Made by a program: the position numbers and the translations under genes | Part shown: positions 1 to 13,823 of the stretch, piece by piece | Layout: every line of letters begins with the position of its first letter | Numbering within the stretch: position 1 is the stretch's first letter | NCBI GenBank assembly: GCA_951406725.2 | Contig: OX597835.1 | Span: forward strand, 29,388,001 to 29,452,000 | Direction: 5' to 3' | Origin: Octopus vulgaris | Lineage: Eukaryota | Length of the DNA stretch: 64,000 nt | The notes under the pieces: model-generated | Told to the model about the DNA's origin: nothing | Database searches by the model: none | Seen by the model: the letters and a program-made list of their open reading frames with translations, nothing else

Positions 1-1455
1 TTGATTCAACATGTTTAATTGGCTGTGACGTCAACGGTGATTGTGTTGGTACTGTTTCTTTTCTTGGTGATGTTGTTGCGGTTTGTTGTTTTTCTTGGCA
101 TTGTTCTATAATTGAGTGTGTTGGTGTTGGTGTTGGCAACAAGGGTTTTTATTTGTTTTCTGATTTGTTCTTTCTTGTTTTTTCTGTACCAGAGCGCACT
201 TGGCAATCAAATGTTCGGGGCTGCCACATTTGTAGCATCTAGGCTTTTTGCCTTCTGCCACAACATATAGGCATTGCCCATTCTCCAAGTGGATCTTATC
301 CGGTAGGCTCTCGATAGAGGCCCCCTCAATCTGGATGGTCACCACTATTGTCTTCCCACCCCAAATGTCGCCAGGGTACACGGCGGTCTCCAAAATATTA
401 ATATTTTTTAAATGGTAACAGATTGCCCCTGTTATCCATTTGTTAGGAAGTTCGGGAGGTACATTTTTAATTGTGATTCGACTCACTCTCTGGTTTTTGT
501 AGTATGGGACCATGATGATTTCATCATTTCCCAGAGACTCAGTAGAGTGAGCTTTTGCCACTTCCTGGTTAGGGAAGAGGACCACTACTGTGTTAAACTG
601 GGGACCCCAGTTTATATACTCTTTTTCTTTCATTATGTTTTTTAAACATTTTTCCACATCAGTTTTTGTAATCTGTTCATTTAGTTTTTTGTTTTTTCTA
701 ATAATTTTATATACAATTGTCTTATTTTCTATTTCTTGCTTTATATGTTGAGGTGTATGCAGCACTAAATCTTGTCCACGGGTTGTAAAGAGAGCTCTAG
801 TTTCTATGAGCTCTTCATTTGTGAATGTTACTATTTCTTTCTTCTGGCGAAGAGTGTCCGCGAAATTTACTGTTGTTGATTTTTTCGTATTAACATCTTC
901 ACTATTAGATAGTTCATTTTTATTGTTGTTCTTGTTGTTGCTGTTGTTTTTGTCAATAGTTTTCGTGCGAGTTTTATTTTTATCATTTATGTTGGTCGTG
1001 GTAGTGGTGGTGGTGGTGGTGGTGGAGGTGGAGGTGGTGGTGGTAGCAGTAGTAGTCTCGTGGTTGCTGTTGTTAGTGGTGGTGGTGGCGGTGGTGACAA
1101 GGCTGTTATCTCACGTGGTTGCAGCGTTCATTTCACCGATATTTATATTTGCACTTAGCGCGCGGACGTTCTTTTTTTCTCCTATTGTTTCCAAACTAAG
1201 AAAATGCTGGTCAATAAAAGAACGCAACCGGCGTTCTACAATAAAATTTCTAGACATTTTCTAAGGTCTAGAAGAAAATTACAGAAATGAAATGGGTTGA
1301 AACTGCCCCTAGGGGCGAATTCCTCCCTTGGAAAAGCACTCAAACGAAAGTTGGGTGCCTTACACAACTTATTTACAAAAATGTTCACAAAAATTGAGCT
1401 ATAAATAGTCAAAATAAATGATTACCTTCGGAGTCGAAGTGACAGCACGTCCATA
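1..1455 (-). mobile_element. 5' portion of a Tx1/L1-clade non-LTR retrotransposon (5' UTR + ORF1), running off the window start
   Basis: ORF 106..765 has an L1/Tx1 ORF1-like core (RITIKNVPPELP...) and a CCHC knuckle CYKCGSPEHLIAKC. A homologous decayed ORF1 (EGRKPRCH) precedes an APE-endonuclease ORF at 49-51.6 kb. The 5' end abuts a (GATA)n tract. Confidence 0.75.
106..1257 (-). pseudogene. Gag-like ORF1 (zinc knuckle) of the retrotransposon, disrupted
   Basis: The frame of ORF 106..765 stays open upstream to 1110, then one in-frame TGA (1111-1113), then open to an ATG at 1257 (MSRNFIVERRL...). N-terminus is Thr/Asn-rich. A frameshift near 200 leads into ORF 15..206. Confidence 0.65.
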
Positions 1456-1462
1456 GACAGAG

Positions 1463-1543
<81 letters not shown>

Positions 1544-1608
1544 GATAGATTCAGATAAATAGATAGACAGACAGACATCTCTCTATGCGCTTGTGTGTGT
1601 GTGTGTGT

Positions 1609-1683
<75 letters not shown>
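1455..1683. repeat. (GATA)n and (GT)n microsatellites
   Basis: Direct reading. Confidence 0.95.
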
Positions 1684-1686
<3 letters not shown>

Positions 1687-1689
1687 TTA

Positions 1690-1862
1690 TGTTTGTCCCG
1701 CCACCACCAGTGATTAACGGTTCGGCAAAAGTAACCAATAGAGTAAGTATCAAACTTTAAAATAATTACGACGTACTACTTTATCGATTAAACCCCTGAA
1801 GGAAGTGACCCCAGCATGGCCGCAATGCCATGCCTGAAACAAATGAAAGATAAAAGATAAAA
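1690..1862 (+). mobile_element. SINE family A, decayed 3' half
   Basis: Matches the GGTTCGGCAAAA...CAGCATGGCCGCA...TGAAACAA tail of full copies (e.g. 24409-24820). Confidence 0.65.
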
Positions 1863-2164
1863 GGAATGTTTAAAAGGCTAAAATTAAATTAATTCTACCC
1901 TCTGCTATAATTTATTTCACGAAGCTTTTTGCATGTATCATATATATAAATACGAGGGGGTACCCGAAAGAAACCGGTACTTTGCAATGCTATTTTATTC
2001 AATTAGTTTCACATGTTCACACTTTTATCACCTTCAATGTATCGGCCCAGGCGCGTTTGATAAATTGTGTAAGGAAAATTACGTAATTTAGTGATAGTGA
2101 AACAATTGTTTGTGATTAATCTATATTATATATATATATATTTATTTATATATATATATAGTTG

Positions 2165-2305
2165 AATATCATACACAAAAAAAAAAAGAACGAGACAAGT
2201 GAGAGAACAACAAAAATCTGTTAGGAAAAGTACTTGACGTTTGACATTTCGAGCATATTCTCTTCCACAATAAAGGAATGAGGAAGAAAATAATATTTGG
2301 ATTAA
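2165..2305 (-). mobile_element. Penelope-like terminal-repeat fragment with decayed minimal hammerhead
   Basis: Minus strand GAAGAGAATATGCTCGAAATGTCAAAC resembles the GAAGAGC..GCTCGAAACGT motif at 37064, 44634 and 61051; flanked by (TA)n. Confidence 0.4.
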
Positions 2306-2310
2306 ATATC

Positions 2311-2370
<60 letters not shown>

Positions 2371-2384
2371 ATTATATATAGTCT

Positions 2385-2742
2385 TTCATTCTTTTATTTG
2401 TTTCAGTCATTTGACTGCGGCCATGCAAATCGACTCCAAGTCTTCGTATTCGGCCTAGTACCTATTCTATTGGTCTCTTTTGCCGAACCGCTAAGTTACG
2501 GTGACGTAGACACACTAACATCGGTTGTCAAGCAATGCTGGTGGAGTAAACACAGACACACACACTCACACACGCGCGCATATATATATATATATATATA
2601 CACGAGGGTTTTCTTTCAGTTTCCGTCTACCAAATCCACTCACAAGGCTTTGGTCGGCTTAGCCTATAATAGAAGACACTCGCAGTGGGATTGAACCCGT
2701 AACCATGAAGCTGGTAACCAGGCTACTTACCACTCAGCCATA
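2385..2742 (-). mobile_element. SINE family A (tRNA-derived)
   Basis: Reverse-complement match to the family A consensus, with internal (CA)/(TA) microsatellite. Confidence 0.85.
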
Positions 2743-3356
2743 TACATAATATATAATACACATATATAATATATGATACATATATATAATTATATACATA
2801 TATACATATATATAATTATATACATATATACATACATATATATACATATATATATATATGTATGTATCTTTATAACTATTTATGTCCATATGTATGAGTA
2901 TATAAGTGTACATATATGTGCGGGTGTATGTGAGTGCGCGTATAGAAAGTTGTATGTGTTTCGGTGTATGTAACGTTAATGTTGATTTGCAATCTGAGCG
3001 AAAGAGAGTCTATCAATCAAAAAAAGGTTGCACTGTCTCTATGTTTGTGTTGTTTATTCGGCAATGTTGGCTCTGACGTCATCTGTAGATGTGTTTTACG
3101 TAACATCACCGTTGCTTTCTTTGTTCTTTGATGGTAAACTGAATGATAATGAAGATGAATATGATGATGAAGATGATGATGATGGTGATGATGGCGTTCA
3201 TGATGCTACTGCTGTTACTGACAATTATGATGAGGTTGATGATGATGCTAGGAAAATATATTGACGCTATTTCTATGGCTACCTGTAAAGAAAAACAAAT
3301 AACAACGATTGCTGTAAGCAAAACTGAGTAATATATACATACATACATACATACAT

Positions 3357-3428
<72 letters not shown>

Positions 3429-3437
3429 GTATGTATG

Positions 3438-3473
<36 letters not shown>

Positions 3474-3486
3474 ATATATATATACA

Positions 3487-4776
3487 CAAGGTGTTTCAAA
3501 AAGTCAGAAACAGTCTTAATGTTGAGCAAACACAAGATTTATTCCTCCAAATTTGAATGAGGAATTCAAAGGTGTGTGGATTCCATGTGGATTTTATGAA
3601 CGATTTCACAAATCTTCAATATGTGCACCGCCTGAGATACACCACTCATCAGGTCAGTAGTCCAGCTCCTCCCATACACGCTGCAGCATGTCTTGGGTAA
3701 CAGTCTCCAATGCGGTAGTGATTCTCTGCTCGAGTTCCTCTAGGTTTGTAGGAAGAGGCAGGGACACAGACCAGGCCTTTCACATAGTCCCACAGAAAAA
3801 AATCGCAAGATGTCAGGTCAGGTGAACGTGGCGGCCATTTCAACAGCACATTGTCTTCATCACCTGCACGCTCGATCCATCTTCCCCGCAGATTTTCATT
3901 GAGATTAGTCCCCACAGTGTCCTGTCCTGTTGAAAAATGAAGTCTTCATGTTCAGTTGCAATGAGTTCATCCATTAGCCAGTTCTGAAGCATTTGCAGAT
4001 AAACATCGCCAGTCGCAATTTCCTCAGAGAAAGACGGCCCATGAAGATGCTTCTTGGAGATGGCACAGAATACATTCACTTTTGGTGAGCCCATCATGCT
4101 CAACTGTAGTATGGTGATTTCTTTCGCCCCAAATGCGAACATTATGCTTATTGACTTTGCCATTCGTATGAAATGTGGACTCATCGCTGAAAGCAAGACG
4201 TTACTTGAACTCGGCTTCTTCAAGTTTCTCTTTACATATCAACACAGAACTGTTTGCCCTTCCGCATTTCATCTGCCGTTCTGGCCTGAATGAGCTGCAA
4301 CTTGTAGGGTTTCATTAGCAAGCGTTTCCTCAGGGCGCGCCAAAGTGTCGTTGGAGGAATCTGGATACCCAGACTTGTTCTTTTTATGGACTTCTTGGGG
4401 CTTCGCAAGAGTTTTTGGCGAACCCGCTCGACCGTCTCCACTGATGTTAGTGGTCGTCCAGATCCTTTTGCCCTGCACAGACTGCTTTCCTCTTTTTGTA
4501 TGATCTATGCCATGTCCAAAACTGCATTGCTGTTGGCGACTTTTTAGAGACCTCTCTCACAAACGCACGCTGCACAGCCTTGTTCGACTGTGTTTGAGAA
4601 TACTCCAACACACAAAACGCCTTTTCTCTTCCAGTGAATGCCACTTTTATACCTGAAAAGATAAGCATATCAAGCATTAAACAAAATTTTGATCTGTTGA
4701 AATATAAAGTCATTTGAACGAGAGCTGACAAAGTTATTAGAATGCGAAATGATATCAAATTTTTTGAAACACCCTG
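3487..4776 (-). mobile_element. Full-length Tc1/mariner-superfamily DNA transposon, frameshifted transposase
   Basis: TIRs CA(A/G)GGTGTTTCAAAAA at both ends, in TA-rich context. Minus-strand pieces: AFTGREKAFCVLEY (HTH), SPKKSIKRTS, SPKVNVFCAIS, FIFQQD, and WPPRSPDLTSCDFFLW (third catalytic residue D). Confidence 0.92.
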
Positions 4777-4795
4777 TATATATATATATATATAT

Positions 4796-4894
<99 letters not shown>

Positions 4895-4899
4895 TATAT

Positions 4900-5073
4900 G
4901 TAGGTTTACAGGCAGAACCACCCTCAACTCAATCAACATTGAAATATATTATACCCGACCGAGCCATAAAATATTAAATATTTGATATTTAATATTTAAT
5001 ATTTTATGCTTCGGTCGGGTATAATATCTATCAATGTTGATTGAGTTGAGGGTGGTTCTGCTCCTAAAACTAC
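4900..5073. repeat. ~174-bp fold-back palindrome in a (TA)n tract
   Basis: GCAGAACCACCCTCAACTCAATCAACATTGA...TATTATACCCGACCGA pairs with TCGGTCGGGTATAATA...TCAATGTTGATTGAGTTGAGGGTGGTTCTGC. Confidence 0.9.
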
Positions 5074-5170
5074 TTTTATATATATATGAATAAAATATTG
5101 AGAGAAGTTCACCTTAGTACCTTTAGTTTGAATGTCTCATACCTGTGGACTCGGAATTAATCTTCCCGAA

Positions 5171-5184
5171 TAACAATAATAATA

Positions 5185-5266
<82 letters not shown>

Positions 5267-5370
5267 TAATAATAATAATAATGATGATAATGATAATAAT
5301 AATAATGTATATATATATATGATAATAATAATAATAATAATAATAATAAATTATTATTATTATTATTATG

Positions 5371-5450
<80 letters not shown>

Positions 5451-5452
5451 CA
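5171..5452. repeat. (AAT)n followed by (ATT)n microsatellite (self-complementary)
   Basis: Direct reading. Confidence 0.9.
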
Positions 5453-5564
5453 TCACATATATATATATATTTATATATATATACATACATACACATATAC
5501 ATACATACAGATATATACATGTGTGTGTGTGCATGTGTGTGTATGTGAATATATGTATGTATCC

Positions 5565-5620
<56 letters not shown>

Positions 5621-5639
5621 ACAGATGAATAATGGTTCT

Positions 5640-5726
5640 TTCACAGCAGCTGTTTCAAACGAGTTTTTTTTTTATTGACAAATAGAGAGATTACATCATG
5701 CAAATAAAGAGTTTTCATCACGTGAA
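5640..5726 (-). ncRNA. Decayed type I minimal hammerhead (PLE-type)
   Basis: TTCAC-GTGATGA-AAAC...GTTT-GAAA-CAGCTG-CT-GTGAA: stems I and II intact, palindromic helix III, C3 and UH mutated. Confidence 0.5.
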
Positions 5727-6004
5727 TATACACGAATTACAAATTTAAGACGTTCTAAAAGTCACCAGTTTGTGTCACTTCATGATTCCCTGACTAGTAA
5801 TTGCCGCAATAATCTATTGTTATTTTTATATATTATTCGCCTCACTCGGAACCTGCTATTAGCGTGGATCTGGAGTCTATTATGTGCAGTAAATTGGTGC
5901 AGTGTGTGTTCCTAAATACAACCTTCAGATTCATAATATACTCAGCCGGGTGTAGTTAATTGTATATACAACTGGAATAATAATCTGTCTGTAATTCGTT
6001 ATAT

Positions 6005-6828
6005 TTCTTTATTTTATTTTATTTTATCTAGTTTCAGCTCACGTGCTTTGGGCTTTCTGGGGTACCACCATCTGATGTTGCTATATAATTTTACTTCACG
6101 AATGCTTTTTAGGAATTGACATTTGGTGCATGAGAGAGTTTGATGCGGCTGCCCTCATCTGCACCTCCTCCCGCGAAGTTGGTTCATCTGGGACCCTTGA
6201 CAGTAAGAGGTACAGCTTTATTTTGAAGACACCTACATCTACCCCATGCAGGTCTTTCCGGTCCTTCGGGAGGATATTGAAGAGCTGTGGACCTCTGAAG
6301 CCCAAGCTATTGCAGTATCTTGTTCTACATCTCGATGGCAAATTTGGAGCCCTTAGCACTATGGAATGGCACACAGTTCTAGTATTTGTGTAACTCACGA
6401 TGCCAAAGTTTGGGACTATATCTTTCTCGCCTACGCTCTAAGGAATACAGTCTTAATATCTTGAGTCTTTCCCAATAGCTTATATGCTGCATAGAGGCTA
6501 TCTTCTTCGTGTAGCTTCGTTGGATTGCCTCAAGTTCTAAGATTAATTTGATACTGGTTGGTGAACATAGATGAGAGCAATAGTCAAAGTGGCTTAGGAC
6601 AAGTGGCCTCAGAGGACCATCATGGTTTCCTGATCTCTTGTTCTTAAAGTTCTAAAATCCATCCGGTCAGCCTCCTGCATTTCATTCCCAATTTAGTAAT
6701 ATGCTGCACATGAAAGGATGCATCGTTACTCATGTAAATGCCCAGGTAATATACGCGGTACCGCTTGTTTGACTCCACCCGGTGTTTTACCCTTTCAGTA
6801 TCTAATTCACTTGAATGCTGAACTGTTA
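6005..6828 (-). mobile_element. 3' fragment of a CR1/L2-group LINE (RT C-terminus + tail)
   Basis: YLGIYMSND, SLGFRGPQLFNILPK, FKIKL..LSRVPDEP. Closely similar copy at 8573-9123. A-rich tail. Confidence 0.85.
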
Positions 6829-6851
6829 TGAGTGTGTGTGTGTGTGTTTTT

Positions 6852-6972
<121 letters not shown>

Positions 6973-6996
6973 TGTGTCTGTGTATGAGTAAACATA

Positions 6997-7330
6997 GGCG
7001 CAGGAGTGGTTGTGTGGTGAGTAACTTGCTTACCACACGGTTCCGAGTTCAGTCCCACTGCGTAACACCTTGGGCAAGTGTCTTTCACCATAGCCTCGGG
7101 ATTTGGTAGACGGAAACTGAAAGAAGTCCGTCGTATATATGTATGTATGTATGTATATGTTTGTGTGTCTGTGTTTGTTCCCCACCATCACTTAACAACT
7201 GATGTTGGTGTGATTACGTCCCCGTAACTTAGCGGTTTGGCAAAAGAGACCGATAGAATAAGTATTATGCTTACAAAGAATAAGTCTAGTGATCGATTTG
7301 TCCGACTAAAGGTGGTGCTCCAGCATGGTC
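6997..7330 (+). mobile_element. SINE family A
   Basis: GGCGCAGGAGTGG head with Pol III A/B-box-like motifs; CCTTGGGCAAGT core. Confidence 0.9.
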
Positions 7331-7361
7331 AGAATCAAAACAGAATTTTCGGAATTCAAAT

Positions 7362-7570
7362 GCAGCGAACTGGCAGAAACGTTAGCACTCCAGGCGAAAT
7401 GTCTGTCTTTACGTTCTGGGTCCAAATTCCGCCGAGTTCGACTTTGCCTTTCATCCTTTCGGGGTCGATAAATTAAGCACGAGTTGCGTAATGTGGTCGA
7501 TCTAATCGACTGCCTCCCCCACCACCACCACCACAAAAAAAATTCGGGCTCTGTGACTAGAGAAGAAAAA
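7362..7570 (+). mobile_element. SINE family B (Nin/Deu-domain-like core)
   Basis: GCCTTTCATCCTTTCGGGGTCGATAAATTAAG core; further copies at 59398 and 62926. Confidence 0.85.
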
Positions 7571-7777
7571 GTTTTCGGAATATATGTATTACTTTCGGCT
7601 AGATATAATTACATCTTTTAATGACGACCTTTAAAATTTCTTTTCTATATTCTGTGTGTGTGTATAAATAAAGTATAAGGAGACAGAGCGCGTGATAGAG
7701 AGATACACACATACATTCACACACACACACATGCCCACGCACAAACATACATGTTTATATACCATTTTATTCACAAA

Positions 7778-8545
7778 TATTGGACTGGAACAAAAGTTCT
7801 CTCCTCTTCCAATTTCTGGCTTTTAAACACAAGATTAATGTGTGGATAGTTTATTTCTATTGATTTTACATTAAAAGTGAAAAGGGAGGGAAATGAGATA
7901 CATTTTATGAAAGGAAAAAATGCCGTACACACAGCAAAAAAGATTCATGCAGTCTAAGATGAATGTGCCATACTCGAGAGAACTGTTTGTAAAGGCTCGC
8001 TGGGGTTAGGAAGGAACAGTTTCATCAAGAAGACCGTGAACTTTCCGGCAGGGCTAGAAGTTTTGATGTTGACCAAATCGAAATGTGCAGCGAAAATAAT
8101 CCGGGCCATGTGACACGAGACATCACAATGATTCCCATACGTTTCGTATGACAGTTATAAGGCATTTCAAAATACTTGGTTACGGGAACCACTTTGATGT
8201 TTGGGTTCCTCCATAATTTAAGGAAAAGATAATTAATGAACAGCATCTCAATCTGCGATATTCTGCTCAAACGCAACAACAGCGACTCATGTTTGAAAAG
8301 AACAATCACATGTTACAACATGGGACGAAAAAAGTCCAGGAGAAAAACGAAATCAACCACTTTAAATCACTCTGAAGAAGGTCGTGTTTCGTACTGTATA
8401 TAGTTGGATTGGATAGGCACAAAATCTGATGTTGAATCGAGACAATTATTGTTCCCAGTTAAATCTATGAAGGAGGCAACTGATGAAAAAACGTCCAGAA
8501 TTCCTTAAGAATAACACTAGCCCTCATATTGCCTTACAGAGCGGC
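7778..8545 (+). mobile_element. Decayed mariner transposon (internally deleted)
   Basis: Plus-strand WVPHNL...NSISICDILLKRN..LKRTIT and a KKV motif, typical of Mos1-like mariner transposases. Confidence 0.7.
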
Positions 8546-8572
8546 AGAAACACGACATATATATATATATAT

Positions 8573-9123
8573 ATATTATTTTATTTAGTTTCAGCTCACA
8601 AGCTGTGGCCATGCTGGGGCACCGCCATTTGGTGTTGCTACATGATTTTACTTCACGAATGCTTTTTAGCAAATGCCATTTGGTGCATGAGAGAGTTCGA
8701 TGCAGCTGCCCTCATCTGCACCTCCTGCCGTGAAGTTGGTTCATCTGGGACACCTGACAGGAAGAGATCCAGTTTTATTTTAAAGACATCTGCATCCACT
8801 CCATGCAGGTCTCTTAGGTTCTTCGGGAGGATATTGAAGAGCTGTGGGCCTCGGAAGCCCAGGCTATCACAGTATTTTGTCCTACATCTTGATGGCAAAT
8901 TTGGAGTCCTTGGCACTATGCAGTGGCGCCCAGTTCTGGCATTTGTGTAACTCTCGATACTAAAGTTTGGGGCAAGTCCTTCTAGGATCTTCCAGATGTA
9001 TATTATGGGATATCTTTCTCGCCTACGCTCTAAGGAATAGAGTCTCAATCTCTCGAGTCTTTCCCAATAGCTTATATGCTGCACAGTGGCTATCTTCTTC
9101 GTGTAGCTTCGTTGGATCGCCTC
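8573..9123 (-). mobile_element. 3' fragment of a CR1/L2-group LINE (second copy)
   Basis: EAIQRSYTKKI...SYWERLERLRLYSLERRRERYPIIYIWKILEG; 5'-truncated at (TA)n. Confidence 0.9.
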
Positions 9124-9535
9124 ATATATATATATATATATATAGGGGAGAGAAAGAGAGGGAAAGAGAGAGAGAGAGGGAGATAGGGAAAAGAGTGGGA
9201 GAGATGGAAAAGAGAGGGAGGAGGGGACAGTGGGAAAGGTACAAGGGTGATAACGAAGGAAAGTAGAGAAATTAAAGGAGAATGCCAAGAAATGTGAAGG
9301 AAGGTGAGCGAGAAAAAGAAAAGAAGAAAGAAGAAAGTATAAGCAGGATTAAAAGAAGAAAATAACAGTCGTACAGAATTTAGATACATATATAGAAGGT
9401 GAGCAAAAGGTGTACGTACGCCGCTGTACGTATATCTAAATCCTAAAAACAGAATAAGAAGGTAAAGGACGAAAATAAAAACATACGCACAAATAGACGA
9501 TACAAAGACGGACATGAGAAAATAAAGAACGGATT

Positions 9536-9606
9536 AGTGGCCTTCAGTTCATCAGTCAAGTTTCCAATTATCATTAGAATTTCGGCCTGTTATACTTGAT
9601 ACTATT
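9536..9606 (-). ncRNA. Rearranged (non-circularly permuted) hammerhead ribozyme candidate, family H2
   Basis: AG-T-A-TCAAGT-ATAACA-GGCC-GAAA-TTCTA...ACTTGA-CTGATGA-ACTGAAGGCC: perfect stem I TCAAGT/ACTTGA, intact core, weakened stem III. Confidence 0.6.
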
Positions 9607-9727
9607 CAAAATTGGTAAGACCCCAAAAATCTAAGCTAAGAGCATTAAATTTTTGGAAGAAAGAAAACGAAATTATACGACAACACAAACATAGAAAAAC
9701 ACGAGAAAACAGAGAAAATGTTACACG

Positions 9728-9785
<58 letters not shown>

Positions 9786-9904
9786 ACATATATATATACA
9801 CACAGTCAGACATGTATGGAAATGTAAGTATGTTTGTATATATGTACGTATACATATATATTATACATATGGAAATAATATATATATATGTGTGTGTATA
9901 TATG

Positions 9905-9972
<68 letters not shown>

Positions 9973-10432
9973 TAATATATATGTGTGTATATATACTGAC
10001 AGTGAGAAAGAAGAGGAATAAATTAAATTAAAATGCTAATAAATATATATAAAATGTGTGTGTTTGTGTGTGTGTGTGTGTATGTATATATATATATATA
10101 TATTTATATATGCATATATATATATCGTATTGAGAAAAAACACAACTAAATCTTGTAAACAACATGGAGGTAGAGAAAAACAAAGTAACCACAAAGTCAA
10201 GAAAAATATGGAAAGAGTAGAGAAAAAGAAGAAGAAGAAGAAGAAGAAGAAGAAGAAGAAGAAGAAGAAGAAGAAGGGAGGAAGAGGAGGAGAAGGAGGA
10301 GGAATATTGCTCGTTTGGTATGGCACCAGTATTAATGGAGCAGTTTGTTTACTGTTCCAATGGTAAACAGTTGGTGTATTTGTCTTACTGGAAGAGTAAT
10401 ACACAATGTAATCGCTTCAAAAAAAAATAATG

Positions 10433-10511
<79 letters not shown>

Positions 10512-10542
10512 TTATGATAAAATAATGATAATAATAAGAATG

Positions 10543-10612
<70 letters not shown>

Positions 10613-10649
10613 TGATGATGATGATAAAATAATGATAATAATAATAATG

Positions 10650-10682
<33 letters not shown>

Positions 10683-10825
10683 TTAATAATATTAATAATA
10701 ATAATAATAATAATGATGATGATGATGATGATGATGATCATAAAACAACAACCACAACAGTAAAAATGGCGGGGTTTGATGTTGGGAATATAAATGAATG
10801 GTTTTCTTCAATAGAATAATAATAA

Positions 10826-10857
<32 letters not shown>

Positions 10858-10956
10858 ACAAAAACAACAACAATAACAATAATAATGAGAATAATAATAA
10901 TAATAATAACAATAATAAAAATAATAATAATGATGATGATGATGATGATGAAGATG

Positions 10957-11022
<66 letters not shown>

Positions 11023-11260
11023 TTGATTGCACTAACGTCAACACTAACATCACTACCGCCACCATTATCAGTGCCCCCACCCCCACCACCACCGCCACCA
11101 CCGACAACAACAACAATTCTACGACTACTAATAGCATCAATAACCCCTCTACACATACACGCACCTATACACACTCACACATACCGTATCCACCTTAACA
11201 GGCATCCTCTCACCCTTTCTTTTATTGGAATTTCGTATGTGCATGGTTTATATCGGCATG

Positions 11261-11299
<39 letters not shown>

Positions 11300-11720
11300 A
11301 AGTGTGTGTGTGTGCGGTTATACCTATACATGTGTACGTATAACTGTTTGTGCTATGTTATGTTTTTGTTGGTTTGTGGGAGCCTGTATTTTGGTGTATG
11401 TGTTAGTTGCGTTTGCGAGAGTTCATGAGTGTGTGTGTGTGTATCTGTGTTTATTTGTATGTGTGTCTGTGTTTGTGTGTGTGCGAGCGATTTCTGCTAA
11501 TCTTTGCTGTTATTATTTGTGTTTTTGTTGTGGTTGTTGTTCTTGCTTGTATTCTTTTTTGTATTTTTTTTATTTCTTTATACATCTATCTCACCACCGT
11601 TTTCATTTAATAAACACCTCTGTTTGCAAAGTATACTAAGATAGGTGACGTAAGAACGTAACATATACACATATGTACATATACATACATACATATATAT
11701 ATATATGTATGTATATGTAC

Positions 11721-11771
<51 letters not shown>

Positions 11772-11775
11772 TATA

Positions 11776-11858
<83 letters not shown>

Positions 11859-12223
11859 GATATGTATGTATGTATGTATATGCATATCTATATATACCTA
11901 CACATTTACACAGACACGCGCGCACACGCACACACAACACACACATATAAATAGGTATGGGTGCATGTGTATATATGGATGTATGGATGCATGTGTGTGT
12001 GTGTGTGTGCGCGTGTGCGTCTGTCTGTCTGTCTGTGTGTTCGTGTGTGTGTGTGTGTGTGAGTTTGTGTACATTGTAATAAATGTACTAAAGCAGTCAC
12101 ATAAATACACGTGTACATGTTTTTAAAGATATTTCCTTGACCCACATTGCAACATAATTGCATGCATACAGATGCGCATAAAGAGAAATTTACATGTACT
12201 CTATAAATATACTCATACATACA

Positions 12224-12305
<82 letters not shown>

Positions 12306-12466
12306 TATGTACATATACATATATACATATATATGTATATACATATATGTGATATTTATAAGTATATATATATTTGTATTTATAGTTACATTTATATACG
12401 CAAATTCCTTCACATCCTCCTACGTAACAACACAAAAATGTGCTCATGGTTTTGCATAAAAATACA

Positions 12467-12590
<124 letters not shown>

Positions 12591-12627
12591 TATATAGATA
12601 TATATATTTATATATATATATATATGT

Positions 12628-12783
12628 ATGACTGTGTGGTAAGTAGCTTGTTTAGCAACCACACGGTTCCGGGTTCAGTCCCACTGTGTGGCATCTTGGG
12701 CAAGTGTCTTCTACTATAGCCTCGGGCCGACCAAAGCCTTGTGAGTGAATTTGGTAGACGGAAACTGAAAGAAGCCCGTCGTA

Positions 12784-12829
<46 letters not shown>

Positions 12830-13046
12830 TGTATGTTTGTGTTTCTGTGTTTGTCCCTCTAGCATTGCTTGACAACCGATGCTGGTGTGTTTATGTCCCC
12901 GTCACTTAGCGGTTCGGCAAAAGAGACCGATAGAATAAGTACTGGGCTTACAAAGAATAAGTCCCGGGGTCGAGTTTCTCGACTAAAGGCGGTGCTCCAA
13001 CATGGCCGCAGTCAAAATGACTGAAACAAGTAAAAGAGTAAAAGAG
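12628..13046 (+). mobile_element. SINE family A, near full length
   Basis: High identity to 24409-24820. Confidence 0.92.
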
Positions 13047-13082
13047 TTAAAGAGTATATATATAAATATATATATGCATGTA

Positions 13083-13121
<39 letters not shown>

Positions 13122-13823
13122 GTATATTTATGTTGTTATATGAAGATGTAAGGAAACAGATTCCTACCATCACCACCACCACCACATACTTGTACACTCA
13201 TACAGAATACATACACATACAACTTTCGTAATTTTCATGCATCCAACAATGTTTTGTTCCACTCTTCAACTCTTTTTTCTTAATAACCTATCGATGTATG
13301 AACAAAACTCAATATGGCAATTGAACCGATCTCTCTCAACCATTCCACTCCGTGTATGCGTTACATTAATGTAGACAAGGCGTTGGTTTCAACCGTACAT
13401 TTCTCTTAACAGAGATCGATATATTTAATGAAAGTTTTACTTATGTTTTTGCTCCCGTTGTTTATATCTAGTTTAGTTCTGTTCGAGCAATCTATATTAT
13501 CCAAGTGGTGGGACATAATACGTCGTCCCCTATGAATGTCCTTGAAATGGTAAACATAGAGCAACCAATTGAACTAAAACAGCAAAGATAATAAAAAGTT
13601 ATTCCGTTCATAAGATTTGTGGCTCTCAACCGGACCCCGGTTGAGAACCACAGATATGGCATTTAGGGGTCCGTATAAGATTTTGCTGTTAAAATCTATC
13701 CGCAAATAATTCATACACCTGTTGCTCATACACTTGTCTTCGTCTTTGTTTTCTGTAAATTTTAACTTTATATATATACACACACACATACATATATATA
13801 CATAAATATACGATGTATATATC

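Noticed and set aside
806-1264. Hydrophobic plus-strand ORF resembling a membrane protein
   Set aside because: Antisense shadow of the Thr/Asn-rich retrotransposon ORF1.
1951-2050. TACGAGGGGGTACCC mariner-like terminus
   Set aside because: No partner TIR or coding remnant found.
13618-13651. Small palindrome TGTGGCTCTCAACCG..CGGTTGAGAACCACA
   Set aside because: Probably a hAT-like MITE end remnant; too short to call.
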